This document shows, piece by piece, positions 1 through 7,320 of a stretch of 32,000 nucleotides of DNA. The notes beneath the pieces are model-generated. The model was not told the origin of the DNA. It was given only the letters and a program-made list of their open reading frames with translations, and ran no database searches. The DNA is from Verrucomicrobia bacterium UBA3869 (GTDB lineage Bacteria; Verrucomicrobiota; Verrucomicrobiia; Opitutales; UBA9783), in NCBI GenBank assembly GCA_002392285.1, contig DGGR01000038.1, positions 1 through 32,000 of the forward strand, read 5' to 3'. Position 1 is the stretch's first letter; the number at the start of each line of letters is the position of its first letter. The position numbers and the translations under genes are program-made.

Positions 1-27
1 TTTCCTTATAAGGCGTTTCCTTATAAG
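1..27. repeat. Two identical copies of TTTCCTTATAAG separated by GCG. Each contains the self-complementary octamer CTTATAAG. Possible operator upstream of the ferritin gene.
   Basis: Read directly: copies at 1-12 and 16-27 are 12/12 identical, and CTTATAAG is its own reverse complement. The repeat lies ~80-107 bp upstream of the ATG at 108. The left copy touches the window edge, so more copies may lie upstream. The repeat is certain; its function is not. Confidence 0.5.
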
Positions 28-107
28 ATTCTGGGGGTTTGCAGGAAATTGCAAGCTTTTTTATGTTTTGTTGCTATTAGCTTTATGAGCGTATATAGTA
101 ATCGTAT

Positions 108-602
108 ATGAAGATTGAAACTGATATAGAATTGATTCTAAACGAACAGGTACGCCATGAGTTCGAGTCGGCTTATGCGTATTTAGGGTTATGCTCAGCT
201 TTAAACGCGCTAAATTTCGATGGGTTCGCTCATTGGATGCGGAAGCAATACCGTGAGGAATTAGAACATGCGGATCGGTTGATTGATTATATTCAATCGC
301 GTCAGGGGGTTGTTCAATTGCAGGATTTTAAGGTTAAAAATTTCACCCTAAAATGCCCATGCGAAGCTTTTAAGATGGCCTATGATTTGGAGGTGAGCAA
401 TACAAAAAATATCCACCGTGCGTATGAATTGGCGGTAAAAAAGCATGATTACCCAACACAGGTTTGTCTCCAATGGTTTATTACAGAGCAAGTTGAAGAA
501 GAAGAGCAATGCAGTCACTATATGGGATTGACTCACCGTATCGCTACTGATGGTAACCTTCAAGCTATGATGGAACTGGATCGCATTGCTGGTGAACGTT
601 AA
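108..602 (+). CDS. ftn: Ferritin (non-haem bacterial ferritin family)
   Basis: 164-aa ORF with ferritin-like helices. Ferroxidase-centre residues occur in the expected order: EQVRHEFESAYAY, REELEHADRL, DLEVSN, ITEQVEEEE. A strong hairpin terminator follows. Confidence 0.85.
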   Translation: MKIETDIELILNEQVRHEFESAYAYLGLCSALNALNFDGFAHWMRKQYREELEHADRLIDYIQSRQGVVQLQDFKVKNFTLKCPCEAFKMAYDLEVSNTKNIHRAYELAVKKHDYPTQVCLQWFITEQVEEEEQCSHYMGLTHRIATDGNLQAMMELDRIAGER

Positions 603-631
603 GCTGGGGGTTTAATTTAGCTTAACGACAA

Positions 632-675
632 AAAGCCAAAACCTTATTTATTGTTTTGGCTTTCTTTGTTTTCTT
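632..675. terminator. Bidirectional rho-independent terminator between the convergent ferritin and NlpC/P60-like genes
   Basis: Perfect 11-bp inverted repeat AAAGCCAAAAC (632-642) / GTTTTGGCTTT (653-663) with a 10-nt loop. A T-rich tract (tttctttgttttctttg) follows on the + strand, and the A-run before the stem gives a T-run on the - strand. The right arm overlaps the last codons of the minus-strand ORF. Confidence 0.7.
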
Positions 676-1654
676 TGTTACCAAAGAGAGGTTTGGGTTT
701 TTTGAAAAGCCCATTCCGATTCCAACCTTTTTTTGCCTTTTCTACCTTCATTAAAGGCCTGCGTTCGACATAAGCTTTTGCTTCTGGATGCCAAGTGATG
801 AAGTAAATTTCACTCTTGCCTGCTCGTTTCCCGTAATCAAACAATTCATTGAAACGTTCTAAGACACGTTCTCTCGGGGTAAAGGTACAGCCGGATTTGA
901 TATCTCTAAATTCAAACAGCCCGCCATTGTATACTACTAACACATGACCGCCTTTTGGGGTTAACAGAAGGATGTAATCGAGGCTTTTGAGTTTACTCAA
1001 ACGTTCCACCCTTTGCCATGTAGGGTAAGCCTTAGAGCAGTCAAATTTGCGTACGATTTGGCCTGCATCTTTTAAATCTTTTGTGCAGTGAGGCAAGATT
1101 CCATTGGAGATGTAATGCAAGATGCCGGAGTAATCAAATCCGCGGAGTTCGAATATGACATCGGGATTTTCGTCCGCTGACTTTGTTATAAAGCGATAAT
1201 CGGATGGCAAAGGAATAGCTTCGAAGTTGTTTCCGCCCCAGCAATACGGAACTTGTTCATCCAAGCAGCGTTTCAAAATCGCGTCGCATTCCTTCATGGA
1301 CAAAGGTTTTGCCTTTGGTTGTTGAAGCGGCTTGTTTGCCTGAGTATCAATAACGTTTTCCAGAAAATCTTGATGAATATAGCCTTTTAGTACGCGTTTC
1401 CCTAGTAAATATTCAACGGGGAGGATCGGTCTTGCTTCGAGATCTAAAATGTTGATCTGTTCTCCAGGGAGCAAAACTGTATCTAAAGCAGAACATTCAG
1501 TTCCCTTTGCGCTTTTTTCGTATTCAAAAGTGGTATCTTGGCTAGTAAATATGGGTACTTTGCCATCAGGTTTGACCTCATAAGGATTCCCATAAGCTAA
1601 TAGGGGAATCAAGCTAAACAAGATTCCAGATAGTGTAATTTTTTGCATAGTCAT
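644..1654 (-). CDS. Secreted NlpC/P60-like cell-wall hydrolase homologue with the nucleophile Cys replaced by Tyr. Has an N-terminal signal peptide and a Lys-rich C-terminal tail.
   Basis: The N-terminus MTMQKITLSGILFSLIPLLAYG looks like a signal peptide. The NlpC/P60 blocks are in order: PYCWGGNN, LRGFDYSGILHY (the family consensus is GFDCSG), LDYILLL, GHVLVVYNGGLFEF. The C-terminus KVEKAKKGWNRNGLFKKPKPLFGNKENK is basic. Confidence 0.6.
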   Translation of the reverse strand: MTMQKITLSGILFSLIPLLAYGNPYEVKPDGKVPIFTSQDTTFEYEKSAKGTECSALDTVLLPGEQINILDLEARPILPVEYLLGKRVLKGYIHQDFLENVIDTQANKPLQQPKAKPLSMKECDAILKRCLDEQVPYCWGGNNFEAIPLPSDYRFITKSADENPDVIFELRGFDYSGILHYISNGILPHCTKDLKDAGQIVRKFDCSKAYPTWQRVERLSKLKSLDYILLLTPKGGHVLVVYNGGLFEFRDIKSGCTFTPRERVLERFNELFDYGKRAGKSEIYFITWHPEAKAYVERRPLMKVEKAKKGWNRNGLFKKPKPLFGNKENKESQNNK

Positions 1655-1710
1655 TTAGAGCTAGGAAAGAATCAACCGCTTCATCGGCTTATCCATCTTA
1701 GTATGAAAGC

Positions 1711-3045
1711 TTAGGGTGCTTTGTCAATGATACGCACGAAAAATTTCCCACTTCGGTGCCATAGCCACTGGCCCTTGGGATTCGCAGAGAAACTTTGTAC
1801 CTGCATTCGATTGTGAGCGAGCGGAATCAACAACCCGCGTTTCAATTGGCGCTCTAACGATAACATTTGTAGTAGGTGAGTCGCTTGCGTCCAGCGTTGG
1901 TGCTGTTGAGTATACTGTTGCTGCAAACAAGTGCGTAGCTGTTGAGTGAGCTGCGCTAATTGTTCAGAACGTTTCTGTAGGGTAGCGGATGGCCTTAAGT
2001 GCTTCAATCCTTCGGCGTATTGAGTTAGTTGTGCTGTTTTTGCACTTAAATGCCTTTGATAAACTGCTTGGAGGCTTTGGGTGTACCGCGCATAACGTTC
2101 TCGGTACGTGATCATCAACTGGGTAGGTTTGAGCGCTGCAAGGCGTTCGGATAGATGAACAACCTGGCGTTGAACGGTGCTTGTTCGGAACTGGATGGTC
2201 TGTTGAAATCGGGTGCTTAGGTGCTGATACTGTTGAAGGTAGGATTGGTAGGTGCGTGCAATCCATTCAGCAGCGGCCGTTGGGGTCTCTGCTCGCTTAT
2301 CCGCAACAAAATCACACAGGGTATAATCGATTTCATGCCCGATGCCGGTTAACAAGGGTTTTTTGCGGGTTGCTAATGTACGTACGAGTGTTTCTTGGTT
2401 AAATCCATTTAAATCTTCAAAGCTACCCCCTCCGCGGATCAATACGATGAGTTCGATATCCGAGCGCTTATGAAGTTGTTTGAAGGCGTGAACAATGGAC
2501 GCCGCAGCCCCATTCCCCTGAACAAGCGCAGGAGCTAATAGGACGGAACCAAGCCAGTTTTCGCGCTGCAGGGTATGGATAAAATCCTGCAAGGCTGCCG
2601 CTTCGGGTGAGGTAATCACTCCAATGGTATGCGGTAGGGGCGGCAGCGGTAACTTTTTATCTGCGTCAAACAGCCCTTCGTTTTTGAGCTTCATTTTTAA
2701 GGCTTCAAATTGCTGCTGGAGTTCCCCCAATCCCAATTTGCGGATTTTGTTGGCAACAATTTGGTAGCGTCCGGATGCAATATAGACATCTACGCGCCCT
2801 TCAATAAGCATCAATTGACCATTCGCAAGCGTTGGGAGCATCGTACTGCTGGTATTGTTAAATAAAACTACCGGAATTTGACTCGCTGCATCCTTTAACG
2901 TGAAAAAGGTGGTGTTTTGTGCGCGCCGTAGGTTGGAAATTTCTCCATAAACAGCAACGTAGGGAAAAGCATTACGGATGCAGGTTTTTAAGTGCATCGA
3001 TAAGGCTTCCACCGACAGTGGGCCTTTGATGAAAGGGGTTAACAT
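1711..3045 (-). CDS. xseA: Exodeoxyribonuclease VII large subunit
   Basis: The N-terminal OB-fold signature LSVEALSMHLKTCIRNAFPYVAVYGEISNLR...FFTLKDAASQIPVVLF and the central GVITSPEAAALQDF...RGGGSFEDL are typical XseA, followed by a long Gln-rich helical C-terminus. I place the start at the ATG at 3045 (MLTPFIKGPLS), which overlaps the upstream gene's stop (ATGTTAA). The track's extension to 3129 would overlap that gene by 90 nt. Confidence 0.85.
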   Translation of the reverse strand: MLTPFIKGPLSVEALSMHLKTCIRNAFPYVAVYGEISNLRRAQNTTFFTLKDAASQIPVVLFNNTSSTMLPTLANGQLMLIEGRVDVYIASGRYQIVANKIRKLGLGELQQQFEALKMKLKNEGLFDADKKLPLPPLPHTIGVITSPEAAALQDFIHTLQRENWLGSVLLAPALVQGNGAAASIVHAFKQLHKRSDIELIVLIRGGGSFEDLNGFNQETLVRTLATRKKPLLTGIGHEIDYTLCDFVADKRAETPTAAAEWIARTYQSYLQQYQHLSTRFQQTIQFRTSTVQRQVVHLSERLAALKPTQLMITYRERYARYTQSLQAVYQRHLSAKTAQLTQYAEGLKHLRPSATLQKRSEQLAQLTQQLRTCLQQQYTQQHQRWTQATHLLQMLSLERQLKRGLLIPLAHNRMQVQSFSANPKGQWLWHRSGKFFVRIIDKAP

Positions 3046-3719
3046 ACCGTTGAATTCGTTTTGCGGAAACGGGAACCGTAACGGTAGGTGAGGTAAATTC
3101 CTAGGAGGAGCGCTGAGAAAACGGCCCACCCTAATTGCCCCGATAGGATGGCTTGTCCGCTACAAATAAAGCCGATTGCCCATAACGATTGCATGAGCCA
3201 ACTAATGCTCAAATAGTGCCAAAAATGTACATCCTTGAGGGTCGCCAAGATATAACATTGAATGGAGTAGGGGATATGCGGTATGAGCTGAATCAAGAAG
3301 CACCAACGTAAGCTGGTGAGTCGTCGATCGGTTGGGATTTCCGGCAATTTAGTATGTCGGAAGATGAGCGAGAACAAAAAGCGATTGAGGCACTTTTTGT
3401 AAAAGAAGTAGGAAAAGACAAGGTTGAACCCGATGCAGCAGAAACTGATTACGCAGGCGCTTTTGATAGGCCATAAAGCCCCAGCACACACGAGCATGGG
3501 GGATAGGGGAAGACCAAACGTGGGGAGAAATAATAGGGAAAAGAGCAACAGTCCCGCATGGTGCTTCATGAGGTTGTAAAACAATGCTAATTGCTGGCGC
3601 AAATAGCTAAAGTACTCCCCTTGACTCGCTAGATAAGCTAAAACGAATACCCCTAATAATGAAAATAATCCGATGAGGCTAATCTTACTGATGAACCCAT
3701 GGTTACTTTGTCGCTTCAT
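3039..3719 (-). CDS. Polytopic membrane protein, tentatively DedA/TVP38-TMEM64 family
   Basis: 226-aa ORF with about 5-6 hydrophobic segments. It has a Gly/Pro-containing re-entrant-like stretch, FGLPLSPMLVCAGALWPIKSA, followed by FYKKCLNRF, which resembles the TVP38/DedA core. The family call is from memory of the motif only. Confidence 0.45.
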   Translation of the reverse strand: MKRQSNHGFISKISLIGLFSLLGVFVLAYLASQGEYFSYLRQQLALFYNLMKHHAGLLLFSLLFLPTFGLPLSPMLVCAGALWPIKSACVISFCCIGFNLVFSYFFYKKCLNRFLFSLIFRHTKLPEIPTDRRLTSLRWCFLIQLIPHIPYSIQCYILATLKDVHFWHYLSISWLMQSLWAIGFICSGQAILSGQLGWAVFSALLLGIYLTYRYGSRFRKTNSTVC

Positions 3720-3734
3720 GGGGGCTGTTGGTTT

Positions 3735-3836
3735 TTATAAACCCCAAGTGCGCTTTAGATGTCGATGCATTTTAGAACGCTTGCGACGCTTGTGCTTGTT
3801 CATCTTTAAAAGACGCTTCTTTTTTAAATTACCCAT
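3735..3836 (-). CDS. 33-aa highly basic micro-protein resembling ribosomal protein bS22 (AURKAIP1/COX24-like). Absent from the supplied ORF track.
   Basis: Hand translation of the minus strand from the ATG at 3836 gives [33 protein letters not shown], stop TAA 3737-3735. It is the same length as the mycobacterial bS22 sequence as I remember it ([33 protein letters not shown]). Shared features are MG at 1-2, KKR at 6-8, M at 12, and G at the penultimate position. It sits 16 nt upstream of, and co-oriented with, the DedA-like gene. There is no clear SD. Confidence 0.55.
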   Translation of the reverse strand: MGNLKKKRLLKMNKHKRRKRSKMHRHLKRTWGL

Positions 3837-3921
3837 AGGATTTTTTTATTTAAAAAGCCATGAGCTGAAAAAAATGTAAAGTAAAAAATGCCTTTATGTT
3901 TTTATTGCGTTTTAGATTATA

Positions 3922-4422
3922 ATGTATGAAAATACTGAGCGTATGATGAGTAACGAGAAGCAGCCTGTTGAAAGTTTTGCAGAGGCTAATGTGCTTCAGG
4001 CTATTCCTCATAGACCGCCATTTTTATTTGTCGATCGTGTGGTTCAAATAACGCCAACGAGTATTAAAACCGAGCGGCGTTTGCGTCCCGACGAGGAGTT
4101 TTTCAAGGGGCATTATCCTAATCAGCCTATTATGCCAGGCGTGCTACTGTGCGAAGCGGTTTTCCAAAGTGCTGGGATTTTAATGAGCCAGCAGATTATG
4201 AAACTGGATGAGTTGGATGATCGAGTTCCTGTGTTGGTTCGGGTCGAATCTGCTAAATTTAAACGCATGGCTTTACCGGGGGATTGTTTGCAGCTATCTG
4301 CTACTTTTGACCATCGCATACAGGATTTCTTTTTCTTCGATGGTTGTGTCCACAAAGATGGACAGCTGTTGGTATCCATCCGTTTTATATTGGGGATTGT
4401 ATCCGAGGTGGCGCATGGGTGA
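3922..4422 (+). CDS. fabZ: FabZ-like 3-hydroxyacyl-ACP dehydratase (hotdog fold)
   Basis: IPHRPPFLFVDRV ... FFKGHYPNQPIMPGVLLCEAVFQSAG matches the FabZ/FabA active-site His and Glu blocks. The start is uncertain. The ATG at 3922 lies inside a perfect TATAAT (3918-3923), so the ATGATG at 3943/3946 (MMSNEKQ) may be the real start. Confidence 0.75.
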   Translation: MYENTERMMSNEKQPVESFAEANVLQAIPHRPPFLFVDRVVQITPTSIKTERRLRPDEEFFKGHYPNQPIMPGVLLCEAVFQSAGILMSQQIMKLDELDDRVPVLVRVESAKFKRMALPGDCLQLSATFDHRIQDFFFFDGCVHKDGQLLVSIRFILGIVSEVAHG

Positions 4423-5233
4423 GGGAGCGTTTTCAGTGGATTCCTACCTTGGAATTAAAGGAAAAACCTTCCTATTGTTTGGGTTGGCTAATCGTAAAAG
4501 TATTGCGTGGTATGTAAGCTGCGTTTTGGAAGCTTTGGGCGCTAAGGTTATTTATTCCGTGCGTTCGGAAGATAGAAAAAATGAGCTATCGCGCTGGATT
4601 CAACCAGAACAGATTTATGTGTGTGATGTAGAACAGGAATCAGCGATTGAGCGCCTAAAATTAGCTGTTGAGCTGCGTTATCCGAACATTGATGGCATTT
4701 TGCATTCGATTGCCTTTGCCAATTTTTCTGAGGGATTTAAGCCATTTCATGAAACCAAACGGGCGGATTTCTTACAGGCGGCTGAAATTTCCTGTTTTTC
4801 ATTGGTTGAAATTGCACGCTACTTTAAGCCTTTGTTGACGAAACAAGCATCAGTGGTTACGGTTGGCATTTCATCGCAAGTAACTGCGATTCATTATGGT
4901 TATATGTCGCCTATTAAAGCGGCATTGGAAAGCACCGTTCGTTTTTTGGCTAAATCGTTCAGTAGCGATAGCAACGTTCGGTTCAATGTAGTCGGTGCGG
5001 GTCCGTTAAAAACCAGTGCATCCGCGGGTATCCCTGGCTTTTTACCCAATTATTTATTCGCAGAACAGTTAACCTTGCGTAAGCGTGCTTTGGAAACGCA
5101 AGAGGTTGCGAATGCCATTGTATTTTTGCTCAGTCCTTTATCGAGCGGAATTAATGCTCAAACGGTGGTGGTTAATGCCGGTATGGATTGTAATTATTTT
5201 GATGAGGCTGTTGTAAAAAAGGTAATTGCATGA
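4415..5233 (+). CDS. fabI: Enoyl-ACP reductase FabI
   Basis: GKTFLLFGLANRKSIAW is the FabI glycine-rich NAD(H) motif, HYGYMSPIKAALE carries the Tyr/Lys catalytic pair, and VNAGMD lies near the C-terminus. Start chosen at the ATG at 4415, preceded by GAGGTG and overlapping the fabZ-like stop (ATGGGTGA). The track's 4208 start is an out-of-frame run through fabZ. Confidence 0.85.
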   Translation: MGEGAFSVDSYLGIKGKTFLLFGLANRKSIAWYVSCVLEALGAKVIYSVRSEDRKNELSRWIQPEQIYVCDVEQESAIERLKLAVELRYPNIDGILHSIAFANFSEGFKPFHETKRADFLQAAEISCFSLVEIARYFKPLLTKQASVVTVGISSQVTAIHYGYMSPIKAALESTVRFLAKSFSSDSNVRFNVVGAGPLKTSASAGIPGFLPNYLFAEQLTLRKRALETQEVANAIVFLLSPLSSGINAQTVVVNAGMDCNYFDEAVVKKVIA

Positions 5234-6201
5234 GTGCTATCAATTTTGTCGTGATTGGTGGAGGAGCTTGGGGTACAGCTATAGCAGTTCATTTGGCAAA
5301 AATGCATGATGACGTTGTATTGGTTCCGCGCGATGAGTTTAAAGCTAAAGCCTTGCGAGATGCGCGCGAAAACACTGAACGTTTGCCGGGCATTCCTTTA
5401 CCTGAATCGTTAATGATTGATGCGGATTTTGCGGTTCATATTACCTCTGAAAGTATTTTGTGTTTGGCCTGTCCTACCCAAGGACTTGCGGAATTGTGCG
5501 CTCAATTGCAGCGCATTCATTTGCCAAAAATCCCAGTGATTTCCTTGATGAAAGGCTTGGGTAAAGACTCTCTGCAATTGCCTTCGCAGGTCATTCAATC
5601 ATTTTTACCTCAAGTGTTAATTGGATGTTTATCGGGGCCTACTTATGCCCGGGAATTTGCTAAGGGATTGCCGGCTGCCATGGTTTTGGGAGCAGATGAA
5701 GCTTTAAAGTATTTACCGCCGCTATTTAGCAATTCCGTTGTAAAGGTGTCCTTTTCTGAAGATAGAATGGGAGTCGAACTAGGAGGTTGTTTGAAAAATA
5801 GTTACGCTATCGGCGCAGGTATTATTGATGGTTTGCAGTTGGGCGATAATGCTCGAGCAGCCTATCTAGCGTCTACTTTGGCTGAAATGGTCAAAATAGG
5901 GACTTATTTGGGCGGCAAAAAAGATACGTTTTATGGATTGAGCGGCCTAGGAGATTTAATTGCAACCACCCAGGGTTCTTGGAGCCGTAACCGACAAATA
6001 GGGTTTGAAATAGCCCAAGGGCATTCCATTGAGCATTTATTGCAATCAGGGACAGTAGAAGGTTATAGCAGCTTACTATACTTCCATAATGTGTTGCAAA
6101 AAGCCGCTATAAAAGCCCCGATTTTAGAGGCTTTATATACCATTTTCTACAAAAATTGTTCGGTTTGTGAAGTAGCGAACAATTTGGTGACCGCGTGCTA
6201 A
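5230..6201 (+). CDS. gpsA: NAD(P)H-dependent glycerol-3-phosphate dehydrogenase
   Basis: VIGGGAWGTAIAVHLA is the Rossmann motif. SGPTYAREFA and CLKNSYAIGAGIIDGL are GpsA signature blocks. The start overlaps the fabI stop (ATGA). Confidence 0.85.
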   Translation: MSAINFVVIGGGAWGTAIAVHLAKMHDDVVLVPRDEFKAKALRDARENTERLPGIPLPESLMIDADFAVHITSESILCLACPTQGLAELCAQLQRIHLPKIPVISLMKGLGKDSLQLPSQVIQSFLPQVLIGCLSGPTYAREFAKGLPAAMVLGADEALKYLPPLFSNSVVKVSFSEDRMGVELGGCLKNSYAIGAGIIDGLQLGDNARAAYLASTLAEMVKIGTYLGGKKDTFYGLSGLGDLIATTQGSWSRNRQIGFEIAQGHSIEHLLQSGTVEGYSSLLYFHNVLQKAAIKAPILEALYTIFYKNCSVCEVANNLVTAC

Positions 6202-6224
6202 AGGGGCACAGCTGTTTTTGAGCG

Positions 6225-7199
6225 TTAAGGCTGACAGGTGCCAGCGTATTCTCCACGGGCATCTATTTGGAAAAAATCCCAATAGTCCTTAAAGGAAGAA
6301 CATCCAAGTTGGCGCGCTAATACATCTAGACATTTATGCATTCCGAATTTTTTGTACCACATGCATAGCATATACATACAAAAATCTGGATCTTTTGATA
6401 AGATTCCGATGAAATAAAATTTTAATAAATCATCAATGGTTTGAATAGAGCGTGGATCTTTAACCAAAAGGACATGATTGTCAATTTGAGGTCCAAAAGA
6501 AATATTATATACATTTAAAAGCATGAAGTGATGCTCGCGTGCCCATACCAACAATTCATCAAACATATGAGCATCTTTGTAAATTTCCATGGGTTGTGAT
6601 TCGGTATAGATTGCATATACAGAATCATAAAATGTATCGTCTAACGATTTCAGTAAGTCTAATTCGATTGCTTCGATATTTAGTTTTAAAAAATCATAAT
6701 GAACATTTTTATCCAGAACTTCATTTAGAGCTTTTACTTTTACCTTGATTGGATTTACTTGGTCTGGGGCATTAGCGATAAATAGGTCGGAAAAGCTCTG
6801 ATTGTATTCTTTTAATGAAGTAAGTTGCTTGTACTCATGAACATACAAAGTTGCTTCACCGGTATAACCTGCAACGGCTTCACAATAAACCTGATCATAT
6901 TCACCACTAGCTCGTAATTTTGCTGCTTCCTCTTCATTGCATTCTATCCCATGAACGGTTTTGTTCTTCAAATGGGCAAGTGCAGAGTATATTCCACATA
7001 GTTTTAGTCCCCATAAGGCTCCGCAATCTAAAAGGTTAACATGTAATGATGGATAAAATTCGTTAAGGAAATTTATGAAATAAATAACGTGTTTATCTTC
7101 AATTCGAATAACTCTTCCATAATGTCCTTTGATTTTTAACTTATTGGCAAGCCTTACAACCCATGCATGACGAGCTAAGTATTCTTTTATCAGATTCAT
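6225..7199 (-). CDS. FkbM-family SAM-dependent methyltransferase with an extra ~120-aa C-terminal region
   Basis: The blocks follow FkbM family order: LLDCGALWG, VHGIECNEEEAAKL, YCEAVAGYTGEATLYV, TSL, IKVKVKALNEVL, YDFLKLNIEAIELDLLKSL. The gene is visibly AT-rich: 6361-6420 has 16 G+C in 60 nt. Confidence 0.5.
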   Translation of the reverse strand: MNLIKEYLARHAWVVRLANKLKIKGHYGRVIRIEDKHVIYFINFLNEFYPSLHVNLLDCGALWGLKLCGIYSALAHLKNKTVHGIECNEEEAAKLRASGEYDQVYCEAVAGYTGEATLYVHEYKQLTSLKEYNQSFSDLFIANAPDQVNPIKVKVKALNEVLDKNVHYDFLKLNIEAIELDLLKSLDDTFYDSVYAIYTESQPMEIYKDAHMFDELLVWAREHHFMLLNVYNISFGPQIDNHVLLVKDPRSIQTIDDLLKFYFIGILSKDPDFCMYMLCMWYKKFGMHKCLDVLARQLGCSSFKDYWDFFQIDARGEYAGTCQP

Positions 7200-7217
7200 A
7201 ACTTTTTAAAATTTTCT

Positions 7218-7235
7218 TATCATAATTATCATAAA
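7218..7235. repeat. Perfect tandem duplication TTATCATAA x2 in the divergent intergenic region
   Basis: Read directly: ttatcataa at 7218-7226 and 7227-7235, between the FkbM-like start (7199) and the HExxH ORF start (7321). Confidence 0.5.
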
Positions 7236-7320
7236 TACAATCCATTTAGGTCAAAACAATACGCTTTGTTAGCTCTAGTGCTATTAGAAGTGCCATTTTG
7301 TGGGATATATTACCACCATT

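Noticed and set aside
1724-2402. Alternative-frame and antisense ORFs inside xseA (1724-1930, 1964-2266, 2181-2402)
   Set aside because: They are fully nested in a confidently identified gene, and their Pro/Ser/Thr/Arg-rich composition is typical of off-frame translation.
3046-3129. N-terminal 28-codon extension of xseA
   Set aside because: It would overlap the DedA-like gene by 90 nt. The ATG at 3045 gives the conserved XseA N-terminus and a typical ATGTTAA start/stop overlap.
3673-3879. 68-aa plus-strand ORF from the track (MRLILLMNPWLLCRF...)
   Set aside because: It overlaps the start of the DedA-like gene and is the antisense of the far more plausible bS22-like basic micro-ORF (3735-3836, minus strand). 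Its Arg/Phe/Leu-rich composition is what the reverse complement of a Lys/Arg-rich gene produces.
4208-4414. Upstream 69-codon extension of the fabI ORF given in the track
   Set aside because: The extension runs out of frame through the well-supported fabZ-like gene and encodes low-complexity hydrophobic sequence. A GAGGTG-preceded ATG at 4415 gives a normal FabI N-terminus.
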